Shown here piece by piece: positions 54,139 through 63,074 of a stretch of DNA of 64,000 nucleotides. This DNA comes from Candidatus Wirthbacteria bacterium. GTDB taxonomy: Bacteria; Patescibacteriota; CG2-30-54-11. Made by a program: the position numbers and the translations under genes. Location: NCBI GenBank assembly GCA_903889905.1, contig CAISZI010000047.1:80096-144095 (forward strand). Reading direction: 5' to 3'. Every line of letters begins with the position of its first letter. Position 1 is the first letter of the stretch. Under the pieces are notes generated by a model. That model had not been told where the DNA came from. It did no database searches and saw nothing but the letters and a program-made list of their open reading frames with translations.

Positions 54139-54685
54139 TTTAGCACCTCCTAGTGCTAAGGGGTTTGAGGTCCCCCTGCCACCCGTGGAACGCCCGCTAA
54201 CCAGGCTCCTTTTGTATTGCAACCCGACGAATTAATCTCGTTGCAAAACAAACCAGAAAGCCAGGAGCTTTCTAGTCCCTACCGCGCACGGTAGGATTGC
54301 TCACCCAACGGCACGGGTCGGCAGAAAAGAGAGAAGAGCACCTCCCCAACCCCTCCTAATCTAGGTGGGGCAATGCATTTCTTCCCCTCTCCTAAGTTAG
54401 GAGAGGGCAGGGTGAGGTATTTCCCCCCTTTCTGCCGCCCGCGACATTCGGCACCCGGCGCCGGACTATTCATGGCGGCATCTGATATTGTGTCTGTTTC
54501 CTCAGGCCATGAGCACCACCCATTCCACGTTAGCTGGCCGCCGCAATGGCGGCTGCTCACTGGAAGCGGTGACTCAAAGCCCAAGGGCTCTGAGATTTTT
54601 AAGGTACGCCGCTTCGATTGAAGCGGCAAAGGAAAGCCTTGGCATTGGACAAGACCTTCCGCTGCCACTTCGCAATTGGTTTTAG
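54139..54685 (-). ncRNA. Candidate large structured 5' leader or ncRNA of unknown family
   Basis: At least 8 stems, many with G-U pairs that work on the minus strand; no credible ORF; complementary to the 3' trailer at 53516-53540. Confidence 0.6.
54341..54419. repeat. REP-like inverted doublet, copy 2, at the apex of a long RNA stem
   Basis: cctccccaacccctcctaatctaggtgggg...cccctctcctaagttaggagagggcagggtgagg. Confidence 0.8.
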
Positions 54686-54690
54686 ATTCT

Positions 54691-54699
54691 ATTATAACA
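54691..54699 (-). promoter_or_regulatory. Extended -10 promoter
   Basis: TGTTATAAT on the minus strand, immediately upstream of the first stem. Confidence 0.6.
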
Positions 54700-54757
54700 T
54701 TGTCCTGAGTTTTTTAGGCTCTCGACATGGTTATCTGGTCGAATTTCCCAACAATTC

Positions 54758-55165
54758 CTATTCTTGCTTATTCACCGCAACAAATTCCGCTGGACTCAAA
54801 ATGCGGGTCTGCTTCCATTTGTGGATTGGTAACAGATGCTTTTTATCTCCAGTAATCAACCATGAGGCTCCACATGTTTCGCACAATGCCAGCAAATAGG
54901 CATCCGCCGGATCAGGATCAAAAACTACGGTTCGCTTTACGTTGTAAACACTTTCCTGGCCAACCCACTGCTTAAAAAACAAAATCGTGTCATCGTCAGC
55001 GGCAAATTTGGTGCGCAATTTACGGATAACTTCAATGATCAACTCTTCCGAAAAGCACCACTCCAGTCCGGCGTCCAAAATTGAGTTAATGGCCTCAAGT
55101 GGCGTACCACCAAACAGCAATGCCGACAGGAGGACATTCGTGTCCACCACCACTTTGTCAGGCAT
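54758..55165 (-). CDS. PIN-domain (VapC-like) toxin
   Basis: VVVDTNVLLSA, E, DPADAYLL and LITGDKKHLL. Overlaps the upstream gene's stop. Confidence 0.9.
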   Translation of the reverse strand: MPDKVVVDTNVLLSALLFGGTPLEAINSILDAGLEWCFSEELIIEVIRKLRTKFAADDDTILFFKQWVGQESVYNVKRTVVFDPDPADAYLLALCETCGASWLITGDKKHLLPIHKWKQTRILSPAEFVAVNKQE

Positions 55166-55439
55166 TTTTGACCATTTCATATAATTCGTCTTCGCTCAAT
55201 TTCGACTTTAACTGCCCCTGCGCCTGGAGCCACTTTTGCCCCAAAGCTTTGCTGGCACGCCGCAGGTCTTTCAATCCCTGTTTGCGGGCCAAGGTGTCGG
55301 TTTTGTTGGTAATCAATAATTTTTCTGACAAAACAACCTTGACGATTTCGGCCTGACTTAAGAGCGGATAGCGCTGCGACTTCAGCGTGGCCAGTGCTTC
55401 CCTGACTTCGGCGGTTAAGGTGATACGCAACTGCTGCAT
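55158..55439 (-). CDS. Putative antitoxin (RHH-like N-terminus)
   Basis: MQQLRITLT strand followed by helices; directly upstream of the PIN gene; SD aaggag. Confidence 0.75.
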   Translation of the reverse strand: MQQLRITLTAEVREALATLKSQRYPLLSQAEIVKVVLSEKLLITNKTDTLARKQGLKDLRRASKALGQKWLQAQGQLKSKLSEDELYEMVKNA

Positions 55440-55474
55440 GTTTACTCCTTTGACACTAAATACATCTAACTGTA

Positions 55475-55502
55475 ATTATAAGACAATAAATATCATTGTC
55501 AA
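55475..55502 (-). promoter_or_regulatory. TA operon promoter with an overlapping inverted-repeat operator
   Basis: TTGACA-16 bp-TATAAT; gacaat-N7-attgtc dyad at 55482-55500. Confidence 0.75.
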
Positions 55503-55666
55503 TTGAAAACCACCTGCTGCAACCTTCCTTTTTCCCTCGCCAACGCCTATAATCAGCACGACTGCAAACCCGAACCAAGATAAAATCTGCCAAGTTAAAA
55601 AACTCGCGTCTCCGTTGGCTTCACGATCGTTTGGATATTCAGATTTAGTTATTAGAATTTAATCGT

Positions 55667-56362
55667 TTGATCTCCATCATCATCCCAACTTATAACGAAA
55701 ATGACCACCTGGCGGCCTTTGTGCAGCATCTGTTTGAGACTCTGGGCCGCTACCATATCCCGTCGGAAGTGATTATTGTGGACGATAACTCACCCGATGG
55801 CAGCGGCGAAACTGCCTACTATCTGCGCAAGCACTTTCCCAACCTGCGCACCCTGCACCGCGAACACCGCCATGGCTCCTCCACCGCGATTCTGGCCGGC
55901 ATCCGCGCCGCCAAAGGCACAGTCATCGGCATCATGTCCGCCAAAATGGGCTATCCCCCCGCTATGATCCCGCAACTTCTCAAACCCATCCAGGCTGGCA
56001 ATATGGATATTACGGTCGCGAGCCGGTTTGTGCCGGAATCCGCACTGCCGGGCTATCCTTTCTGGGACAAATGGCGGGCACGCTGTCAGGCCTGGCTGCT
56101 GCGCCCCGTCACGGCTGTGCGCGACCCCATGAGCAATGGTTTCTTTTTCCGCCGCACGGTGCTGGACAAAACTGTTTTGCGGGGCAATTTTCCCAGGATT
56201 CTTCCTGAACTTCTGGTCAAGGGCCATTTTCGGGCTGTCCAGGAGATTCCATTTCATTATCATTATTACCCCAAAACTCATCCCGATTCCGGATTCCTCT
56301 TGCCATCACCTGGCTTTGTGTGGCATCTTATTCAATTGTATAAGGCCCATTTTTGGTCATAA
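55667..56362 (+). CDS. GT2 polyprenol-phosphate mannose synthase-like protein lacking the DxD motif
   Basis: ISIIIPTYNE, VDDNSPDG and DPMS are present; the expected MDAD reads MSAK. Confidence 0.8.
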   Translation: MISIIIPTYNENDHLAAFVQHLFETLGRYHIPSEVIIVDDNSPDGSGETAYYLRKHFPNLRTLHREHRHGSSTAILAGIRAAKGTVIGIMSAKMGYPPAMIPQLLKPIQAGNMDITVASRFVPESALPGYPFWDKWRARCQAWLLRPVTAVRDPMSNGFFFRRTVLDKTVLRGNFPRILPELLVKGHFRAVQEIPFHYHYYPKTHPDSGFLLPSPGFVWHLIQLYKAHFWS

Positions 56363-56374
56363 AAAAGGAAAGTC

Positions 56375-57796
56375 ATGGAGATTACCCAAAAGAGCATTGG
56401 CCAGGGTAAAGTTGAACTTACTATTTCAATCCCTGTTGCCGATGTTGCCAAGGCCGAAGAAACCGCTTTCCGCAAGCTTCAACTCAACCTCAAAGTCAAA
56501 GGTTTTCGTAAAGGCAAAGTGCCTGACAGCATTGCACGCGAACAGGTCACGCTGGCCGACATCCGCTCCAAAGCCATCGAAGACAACCTTGGCAAATGGT
56601 ACATCGAAGCCATCGACAAACAGGGCCTCAAAGTCATTACCAACCCCGAACTGCAAATCACCGAAGCCGCCGAAGACAAGCCTTTGGTCTTCACCGCCAT
56701 CATCTCGGTTTATCCTGAAGTTACCATTGGCGACTACAAAGCGATCAAGGTCAAACACAGAGCAGTCAAAGTCGAAGCAGCTGACCTGACCACAGCACTC
56801 GACAATCTGCGCCAGGAACAGGTCCGTTATGAGGATAAAGACAAAGCCGTTGCCGATGGCGATGTGGCTGTCATGGACATTGGTGCCAAACTGGACGGCG
56901 AAGTGGTCAAAGCGTTTACCCGCTCTGGCTACGAACTCTATATTGGTGATGGCTATTTTGCACCCGGATTTGACGACCAGATCAAAGGGCTCAGCAAAGG
57001 TGACGACAAAACGTTCACCCTGCACATGCCAGCCGATTACCCCCTCGAACGCTTCCGCGACAAAGACCTCGTCTTTACCGTCAAAATGCTGGGCACCAAA
57101 GTACGTGTCATGCCTGAGCTGAATGATGAATTTGCCCAGAAACTCCAGGCCAAGGACGTCGCCGACCTGCAGGAAAAAGTCAAAGAATCCCTGGTCAAAA
57201 TGCGCACCGAACAAACCGAACGTGATTTCCAGACCGAAGTGTTGGAAGCAACCGCCAAGCTGGCCGGCGAATTTGAAGTGCCGCACGTGCTGATCGAAGA
57301 AGAAGTGCACAAAATGGAACATGAATTCGAATGGAGACTCAAACAGCAAGGTTTTTCGCTCTCTCAGTTCCTGGAAACCAAAAAGCAAAGCATGGAAGAT
57401 TTGCACAAAGAATGGCATCCCCACGCCGAAAAAGTCTCCCGCCAGGACATGATCATCGATCAAATCTCGGTGATTGAAAAAATTCAGGCAAGCGAAGCAG
57501 AAGTCCAGAACGAAATCGTCGCCTGGCTCCAACCCTATCGCGACAACCAGGGCAAGTTGACCCAAAAAGGCAAAGACAGCCTGCGCAGCCTGATGAGTGA
57601 AAATGGCCAGCTTTACATGCGCCAGCTCATCCGCCGCGAAAAAACGCGTCGCCTGCTGTATGAAATCGCCACCCAAAACGCCGCCCCCAAAACAACGGAC
57701 AAAAAAGCAGAACCGGTATCCGAGACGACTGCCGAAATTGCCAAACCCAAAGCACCCCACAAGTCGACCAAAGCCGACAAAAAAGATAATTCTTAA
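56375..57796 (+). CDS. tig: Trigger factor
   Basis: GFRKGKVP ribosome-binding motif; FKBP-like PGFDDQIKG; PELNDEFA. Confidence 0.96.
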   Translation: MEITQKSIGQGKVELTISIPVADVAKAEETAFRKLQLNLKVKGFRKGKVPDSIAREQVTLADIRSKAIEDNLGKWYIEAIDKQGLKVITNPELQITEAAEDKPLVFTAIISVYPEVTIGDYKAIKVKHRAVKVEAADLTTALDNLRQEQVRYEDKDKAVADGDVAVMDIGAKLDGEVVKAFTRSGYELYIGDGYFAPGFDDQIKGLSKGDDKTFTLHMPADYPLERFRDKDLVFTVKMLGTKVRVMPELNDEFAQKLQAKDVADLQEKVKESLVKMRTEQTERDFQTEVLEATAKLAGEFEVPHVLIEEEVHKMEHEFEWRLKQQGFSLSQFLETKKQSMEDLHKEWHPHAEKVSRQDMIIDQISVIEKIQASEAEVQNEIVAWLQPYRDNQGKLTQKGKDSLRSLMSENGQLYMRQLIRREKTRRLLYEIATQNAAPKTTDKKAEPVSETTAEIAKPKAPHKSTKADKKDNS

Positions 57797-57828
57797 CGCC
57801 TTCCAAACCATAAACAAAGATTCACGCT

Positions 57829-58503
57829 ATGTATTCATGGCGCGAAGAACAGCTCCGCAAACAACGCCGCCTGCGCATTCTCCTCATCATAGGACTCTGC
57901 CTGCTTGTGCTCGGGAGCGGAGCAACTTTCCTGATGCTACGACGCGGCTTGCCCCAGCAAAAAACTAGCGCCGCCAGCAAAAACACCCCTTTGCAAAACA
58001 CACCGACCGCGGCGTTGGTGAACAAACTTTCCTTTGAAGCGGATCTCGACATCCCTGTGTTGGACGAACTGCTGCACCGCCCCGACGTGCTCAACGTGGC
58101 TGACCAGTTGATTTTATCAACCAGGGAATCTGACCGTTACCTTGGGCTGCTGATTTACAGCCAGGTGCCGGAACTCTCCAAAACGACACTTTCCAGCAAC
58201 CGGCTGGAAAAAATCGCCAGTAAACTCCAGGACGCTTCCCCCAGCATCCGTATGTATGCCGCGGGCAGCCTGGTCCAGAACCACAACATGACCGGCGTCC
58301 CGATCCTGATCGACAATCTCACCAGCGAACTGGCACTTACCTACATGGAACCACCGGTCAGCCAGGGAGAATATGCGCAACAAATTCTGTCTAATTATCT
58401 GACCGCAAGCATCAATTTCGATCCTGTCCACCGTATTGACACCCAAAACGCCTGGCTCAAATGGTGGCAAGAAAATCGCGTCCATTATATGCCAACGCTA
58501 TGA
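57829..58503 (+). CDS. Membrane-anchored HEAT-repeat-like protein
   Basis: N-terminal TM; LQDASPSIRMYAAGSL...VPILIDNL; WLKWWQEN terminus. Confidence 0.7.
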   Translation: MYSWREEQLRKQRRLRILLIIGLCLLVLGSGATFLMLRRGLPQQKTSAASKNTPLQNTPTAALVNKLSFEADLDIPVLDELLHRPDVLNVADQLILSTRESDRYLGLLIYSQVPELSKTTLSSNRLEKIASKLQDASPSIRMYAAGSLVQNHNMTGVPILIDNLTSELALTYMEPPVSQGEYAQQILSNYLTASINFDPVHRIDTQNAWLKWWQENRVHYMPTL

Positions 58504-59588
58504 AACCAGCCCCTAAAATTTTAATCAGCCTGGGCCTGACGCTGCTGCTAGTGGCGTCGGCGGGAACGTCTTCCAAAGCCAATACCACGCTTTCCTTTGC
58601 GGATGCCAAAAACTGTGAGCAGCAGTTCACGATTGGCGTGGTACTGGCGTTTAGCGATGACGGCAGTGCCGCCAAAGCCACGGAGCTCACCACCAACTGG
58701 CAAAAAGAAATCAATAGCTACTGGAACTCCAGCCCCCACATCATTTTGGGTGGACCATGCGCCGTGTATTATCATTTTCAACTCACCACCCTGCCCCAAG
58801 CTGAGGACTGCACCAAATCGCTCAAAACCGGCCACTGTATCACGGTCGTGAGTTCTGCCCTCAACCGCCGCGGCAAAATCGGCGATGTGCTCAAAGCCAA
58901 TCCGCAGGGCAAATCCTGGAGCTATGGCGAATGGACAACCTCCTTAAGTGGCGTGCAGGTCGCCTACCTCGCCGGTCATTTGCTTGGACTCGGCAATGAT
59001 TTCAGTTTCGCGGATGTCAACAAAGACAACATCCTCGAATTTGAGCTCAAAAATCCCGCTCAAACCAATCCCTTCAGCCTCATGGGCAAACCTTTTCCCG
59101 CCAATGTCAACGCCGCAGCCTTACCCGAACATGACGCCCAGATCGCCGCGCTTTACAATTTAACCTGCCCCGCGGCCTGTTTTTGTGGCAACAGCAAAGT
59201 GGACGTCGGTCAAGGTGAAATGTGCGACTCCAAAGCCACCCCCACCGGTTGCAAAGCCGAAGAAACCTGTGACCAGAGTTGCCAGTGCCAGTCCACGCCG
59301 GCACGCTGCGGAGACGGCAAGATCAACCCCGGCGAACAATGTGACCCGCAAGCCTCACCCAAGGGATGCACCCAAAATCAGGTCTGTTCGCCCGCCTGCC
59401 TTTGTATCGACTTGCCTGCCAATCTTCAAACGCAGACGACAACACCGGTATCCTCCCCCACGACACAAGTCGATCTAACGCTGGGCAAACCACACAGTGG
59501 CGATGGTATTTGCGAAGTCGGCGAGACCTGCACCAGTGCTTACGATGATTGCAAAGCAGTTCTAAACTGCCCGCCACGAATTCAATAA
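58500..59588 (+). CDS. Secreted metzincin-like domain (degenerate) with Myxococcus-type Cys-rich repeats
   Basis: ATGA overlap; AYLAGHLLGLGND; SLMG Met-turn; CGNSKVDVGQGEMCD and CGDGKINPGEQCD. Confidence 0.75.
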   Translation: MKPAPKILISLGLTLLLVASAGTSSKANTTLSFADAKNCEQQFTIGVVLAFSDDGSAAKATELTTNWQKEINSYWNSSPHIILGGPCAVYYHFQLTTLPQAEDCTKSLKTGHCITVVSSALNRRGKIGDVLKANPQGKSWSYGEWTTSLSGVQVAYLAGHLLGLGNDFSFADVNKDNILEFELKNPAQTNPFSLMGKPFPANVNAAALPEHDAQIAALYNLTCPAACFCGNSKVDVGQGEMCDSKATPTGCKAEETCDQSCQCQSTPARCGDGKINPGEQCDPQASPKGCTQNQVCSPACLCIDLPANLQTQTTTPVSSPTTQVDLTLGKPHSGDGICEVGETCTSAYDDCKAVLNCPPRIQ

Positions 59589-59657
59589 AGAGCACCCACC
59601 AAACCCGCGTTTTAGTGGTATATTTTAAGTGTTATTTCTAACCCCCAAGTCAACCCT

Positions 59658-62600
59658 TTGCGCAAGCTATTTGTTTTGCTTTTTTGCCTGGTGGTATCGG
59701 TGACGACGGCGGTGGTCGTTGTGCCTGTGCTTGTGTCCGAAACGGCTAATCCCAAGACCAAAACCAAAGCCACCAGTAATACCAACACCCCGGCCGGCAT
59801 TACCTCGATCACGGTCCCGACGCGCAATGCCAACGAAATCAACCTGCCGATTCCGATCAACTACCGCTATGATGCGCAGGCCAGTCAAAAATACGCCCTC
59901 GGCGGCGCCAGCAGCCCGCACAACATGAATAACGGCACTTTTGTACTGCCGCCACCTGACAGCCAGATGGTGGGTGGCCCGCCCGTAGGTGGCACCACCT
60001 GGGGCTGGACCATTCCCGACAATTATGCCGACTATGGCACGCGCACCGTCATGTTGGATTACAACAATCACCAGTGCTCCAAATCAGGCACGCCCTATGC
60101 TGTTGACCTCTCGGTTTTTAACTCGCCCAATGACTTTATCCCGGTCTATTCGACCCTGAACGGCACCGTCATCGAAGCCCTGGGCTCAGATCCAGCCACA
60201 CAGATCAAGGCCCCCGACTGCACTGCCGGCAGCAGTAAAAACTGCGACGGCTACGGCAACTTTGTCCGCATCCGTAACACGCGCTGGGCCTCGGTCAATG
60301 CGGTGAAATTATTTACCGATACCAATGTTTGTCCGGTCGGCAAAAGACTTCCAACCTATGATTCAGTCAAAGATCAACGCTGCATGACTGGTTTGTATAC
60401 TGACGATAACTGCCCGATTAAATGCATTGAGAACCCTGCACCTCTGACAAAAACTTGCCCAGGTGTTGCTACAAACGACGTCAGCGGATGTCTACCAAAA
60501 GGTTGTCCTGCCAACTCCGAGCCTTATCTTGATGAAGACTCTCTGAATCATTTTTGCACGACCACATGGACAACACCACTACCTCCAATCCCAGCTGTGC
60601 CAACCACCACCTGCACTTTAATGTATTGTTACGAAACCAAGTACAACCCCACCTATTCCAACCAATACACCTCCTGCATGACAGGCATGCAACCGGGAGA
60701 ATTCCGCAACCAGGTAATCAGTGACAAATGCGGTTATGACAGCCAGGGTGCCGCCATCCCGGCCAAGTCCGGCAAGCCAGACCCCACCTGCAATGGTATC
60801 AAAGGTGACAAACAGTACGTCGACATGGCCAACGTCCACATTGCCAACTACGATGTGGTAATCGCGCACCTCACGTCCGGTTCCATGACTGGTTTAACCG
60901 CGGATGCTAAAACTTTCGTCCCTGGCGTTTTTACGCCTGGTTACGGTGATCAGCTCAAGGTCAAAGACATCACCAACTGGAGCCAAATTGGGACAATGGG
61001 CGCAAGCGGTTATTACTGGGACGGTGGCAAAAATCAATATGTCAGCAACACCCAAACCCCCATGGTGCATTACGAAGTCTGGCGCAACAACGCCTGCGAC
61101 GCCAAACTCAGTTCCCCAACCACCAACATGGTGGTGGTTAATCCGGCCACTTTCATTGGCCAAAAAACCTCCTCCTTGGTGCACCAGAATTCCCCACCCG
61201 ACCTGACCCTTGGCTATGACAACAAAGACGCGGCCAAATATCCTACCTGTTCTGACTGGATGACCGCGATCAAGACAAAAGTGCAACAACAAACACCGCA
61301 AATCATTCAATGCCGACATGCCGCGCTGCTATTTCGAGCCATCATCCTGACCCGCGATCTGGCTGCCTACCCGTCCAGCATCAACAAGCAATATGATCCG
61401 CAACTGTACTTTGAACTGGAAACCAAAACAGATGCCAATACCCTTGGAACCGGCACTTTCATCCTTGGTAATCCAGACTTCGGCAAATCGATGCCTGCTT
61501 CGCACAACATGTGGATCACAGTCGAAGGCGACAACAAATTTGGTCCATTTGATGGTGGAGCAGGCCCGGTCGACCTTGTCGGTGGCAAAAAGAACCTACT
61601 CATGAGCTTCGGCATTGATGGCGCCCAAACCCTTCCCGACGGCAAAATAGATTTTATTGACTGCCCTTCTGAAATGCAAACCGTAACCTTTGGCAATATT
61701 CCCACTTACAAAATGGAAGACATTTCAACGCTCAAAACCAACTTTGCCTTCATGCCTGACCTCTGCCTGGGCAAAGACAATGTCGATGCTAATCCCTATG
61801 GCCGCCAGGTGATCCCCAGTGAACAGGAAACCGGCAAAACCGGTGCCGATGCCATCTGCACCCAACCGTCCACTGCCAGTACCTGCCCAGCCGGCCCCAC
61901 CGTGAGCGCCTTTGTCTCGGACAACAACGCCTGCGGACAAACACTCGACCTGCTTCCCTATATGCAGGGAACCTCTGGATTACAAATAACCATGGCGGAC
62001 AAAGAAGTCTTGAGCTACACCCAAGCCACGCCACTGAATGCCAAAAATCGGTTCTTTATGGTCAAAAATACGATTGGTGATAACTTTGAAGAATTCACCT
62101 ACGACAACGACTGGATTTATCACGTACGGGACACCACAGCGACCGAAGGTTTCAATGGTCCTCCGATAAAATGTATCGATGTTGCACATGCCGGTCAGGA
62201 TGCCATTTTTGACAGCATCACGGGTCAATTTGGCAATGGGTGCAGTGCCTTCAACAGTAACTCTGCACTTGAGGGATCGCCATTTCGCCCCCGCAACATG
62301 CAGGTTTGTTCCACCAGCGCAGAAATGGCCAACACCATCATTGGCTTTGGCAAAGACAGTTGCACCTGTTGTGAAACCAAATACAGTGGCGCCAACACCA
62401 ATCAAATCAAGCTGGTGGACAAGGGCACACTCAAGCTCTCTGCTGGCAGCTCATACAGTGATGTCATTGAAGTCGCCAACATCAAAGGCGCCGGTTCCGG
62501 CGAAACCTTCTTTTACCAAAAAAATGTCGGTTTGATTGGTTATGGTACCGGCAATACGGTTGACCCGACCCAAATCGTCCCCCCAACGCAACTGACTTGC

Positions 62601-62690
62601 GTCAACTTCGTCACCAGTACCACCAAGGGCAGTGTTCCTAACGTAGTCGACAAATGCATTGGCAAGCCAGCTGGCAATCCGTTACGCTAA
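59658..62690 (+). CDS. Large secreted or anchored protein with a split, degenerate M23-like peptidase domain and Cys-rich regions
   Basis: YAVDL, PVYSTLNGTV, GYGNFVRI, IAHL, IGTMGASG and PMVHYEV motifs. Confidence 0.75.
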   Translation: MRKLFVLLFCLVVSVTTAVVVVPVLVSETANPKTKTKATSNTNTPAGITSITVPTRNANEINLPIPINYRYDAQASQKYALGGASSPHNMNNGTFVLPPPDSQMVGGPPVGGTTWGWTIPDNYADYGTRTVMLDYNNHQCSKSGTPYAVDLSVFNSPNDFIPVYSTLNGTVIEALGSDPATQIKAPDCTAGSSKNCDGYGNFVRIRNTRWASVNAVKLFTDTNVCPVGKRLPTYDSVKDQRCMTGLYTDDNCPIKCIENPAPLTKTCPGVATNDVSGCLPKGCPANSEPYLDEDSLNHFCTTTWTTPLPPIPAVPTTTCTLMYCYETKYNPTYSNQYTSCMTGMQPGEFRNQVISDKCGYDSQGAAIPAKSGKPDPTCNGIKGDKQYVDMANVHIANYDVVIAHLTSGSMTGLTADAKTFVPGVFTPGYGDQLKVKDITNWSQIGTMGASGYYWDGGKNQYVSNTQTPMVHYEVWRNNACDAKLSSPTTNMVVVNPATFIGQKTSSLVHQNSPPDLTLGYDNKDAAKYPTCSDWMTAIKTKVQQQTPQIIQCRHAALLFRAIILTRDLAAYPSSINKQYDPQLYFELETKTDANTLGTGTFILGNPDFGKSMPASHNMWITVEGDNKFGPFDGGAGPVDLVGGKKNLLMSFGIDGAQTLPDGKIDFIDCPSEMQTVTFGNIPTYKMEDISTLKTNFAFMPDLCLGKDNVDANPYGRQVIPSEQETGKTGADAICTQPSTASTCPAGPTVSAFVSDNNACGQTLDLLPYMQGTSGLQITMADKEVLSYTQATPLNAKNRFFMVKNTIGDNFEEFTYDNDWIYHVRDTTATEGFNGPPIKCIDVAHAGQDAIFDSITGQFGNGCSAFNSNSALEGSPFRPRNMQVCSTSAEMANTIIGFGKDSCTCCETKYSGANTNQIKLVDKGTLKLSAGSSYSDVIEVANIKGAGSGETFFYQKNVGLIGYGTGNTVDPTQIVPPTQLTCVNFVTSTTKGSVPNVVDKCIGKPAGNPLR

Positions 62691-62731
62691 AAAACACCAA
62701 CTCCCGCCCAGCACTTCTCCTCTGGAACTGG

Positions 62732-62752
62732 GCCCGCAGGAAGCGGGTTTTT
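62732..62752 (+). terminator. Probable terminator
   Basis: gcccgc-aggaa-gcgggt followed by tttt. Confidence 0.5.
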
Positions 62753-62854
62753 GGCAAAACTGACACTGATTGATGCAACAACGATAAGTCCTCCTGGGCG
62801 CGATTCGGGCATAGCCCAAGCGAGCCGCGCCGGGCAGTTGAAAATAAAACAACT

Positions 62855-62907
62855 AGATTGCCCCACTGTGTAGGACGAAGGCTACGTCGAAGATTCCTCG
62901 CAATGAC
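62855..62907. repeat. Half of a GTCATTGCGAG-type REP-like element
   Basis: agattgcc...cctcgcaatgac ends; single copy in this window. Confidence 0.45.
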
Positions 62908-62975
62908 GGGATTACCAACTTGCTTAATTCACCTTTATTCAGTATTATTAACGCCGTTCATCTATTTATCTTGCA

Positions 62976-63045
62976 CCCTCGCGGATTGCGGACGGAGTGG
63001 TCTCGGTCATTAGATCGAGGATACGTCGGCAAGTTGAACCGAGGG
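62976..63045 (+). promoter_or_regulatory. rpsB 5' leader hairpin (candidate S2 autoregulatory RNA)
   Basis: Nested pairs ccctcg/cgaggg, ttgcggacg/cgtcggcaa and ctcggtc/gatcgag just upstream of SD ggagg. Confidence 0.55.
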
Positions 63046-63074
63046 GAAGCATTAACTCAATTGGAGGTTTTGTT

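Noticed and set aside
54492-54507. CUGAGGA/GAAAC as a hammerhead ribozyme core, or GAGGAAA as RNase P
   Set aside because: There is no stem II between the motifs and no GAGGAAAGUCC or other RNase P conserved regions. The segment is better explained as a long-range pairing arm.
54279-54668. 129-aa ORF across the structured leader
   Set aside because: It translates through REP palindromes (PSPNLGEG-type artefact) and has no SD or protein-like features.
62700-62850. GC-rich hairpins as SRP RNA or tRNA
   Set aside because: The SRP helix-8 consensus and tRNA T-loop/cloverleaf are absent. A terminator plus an unexplained hairpin is more parsimonious.
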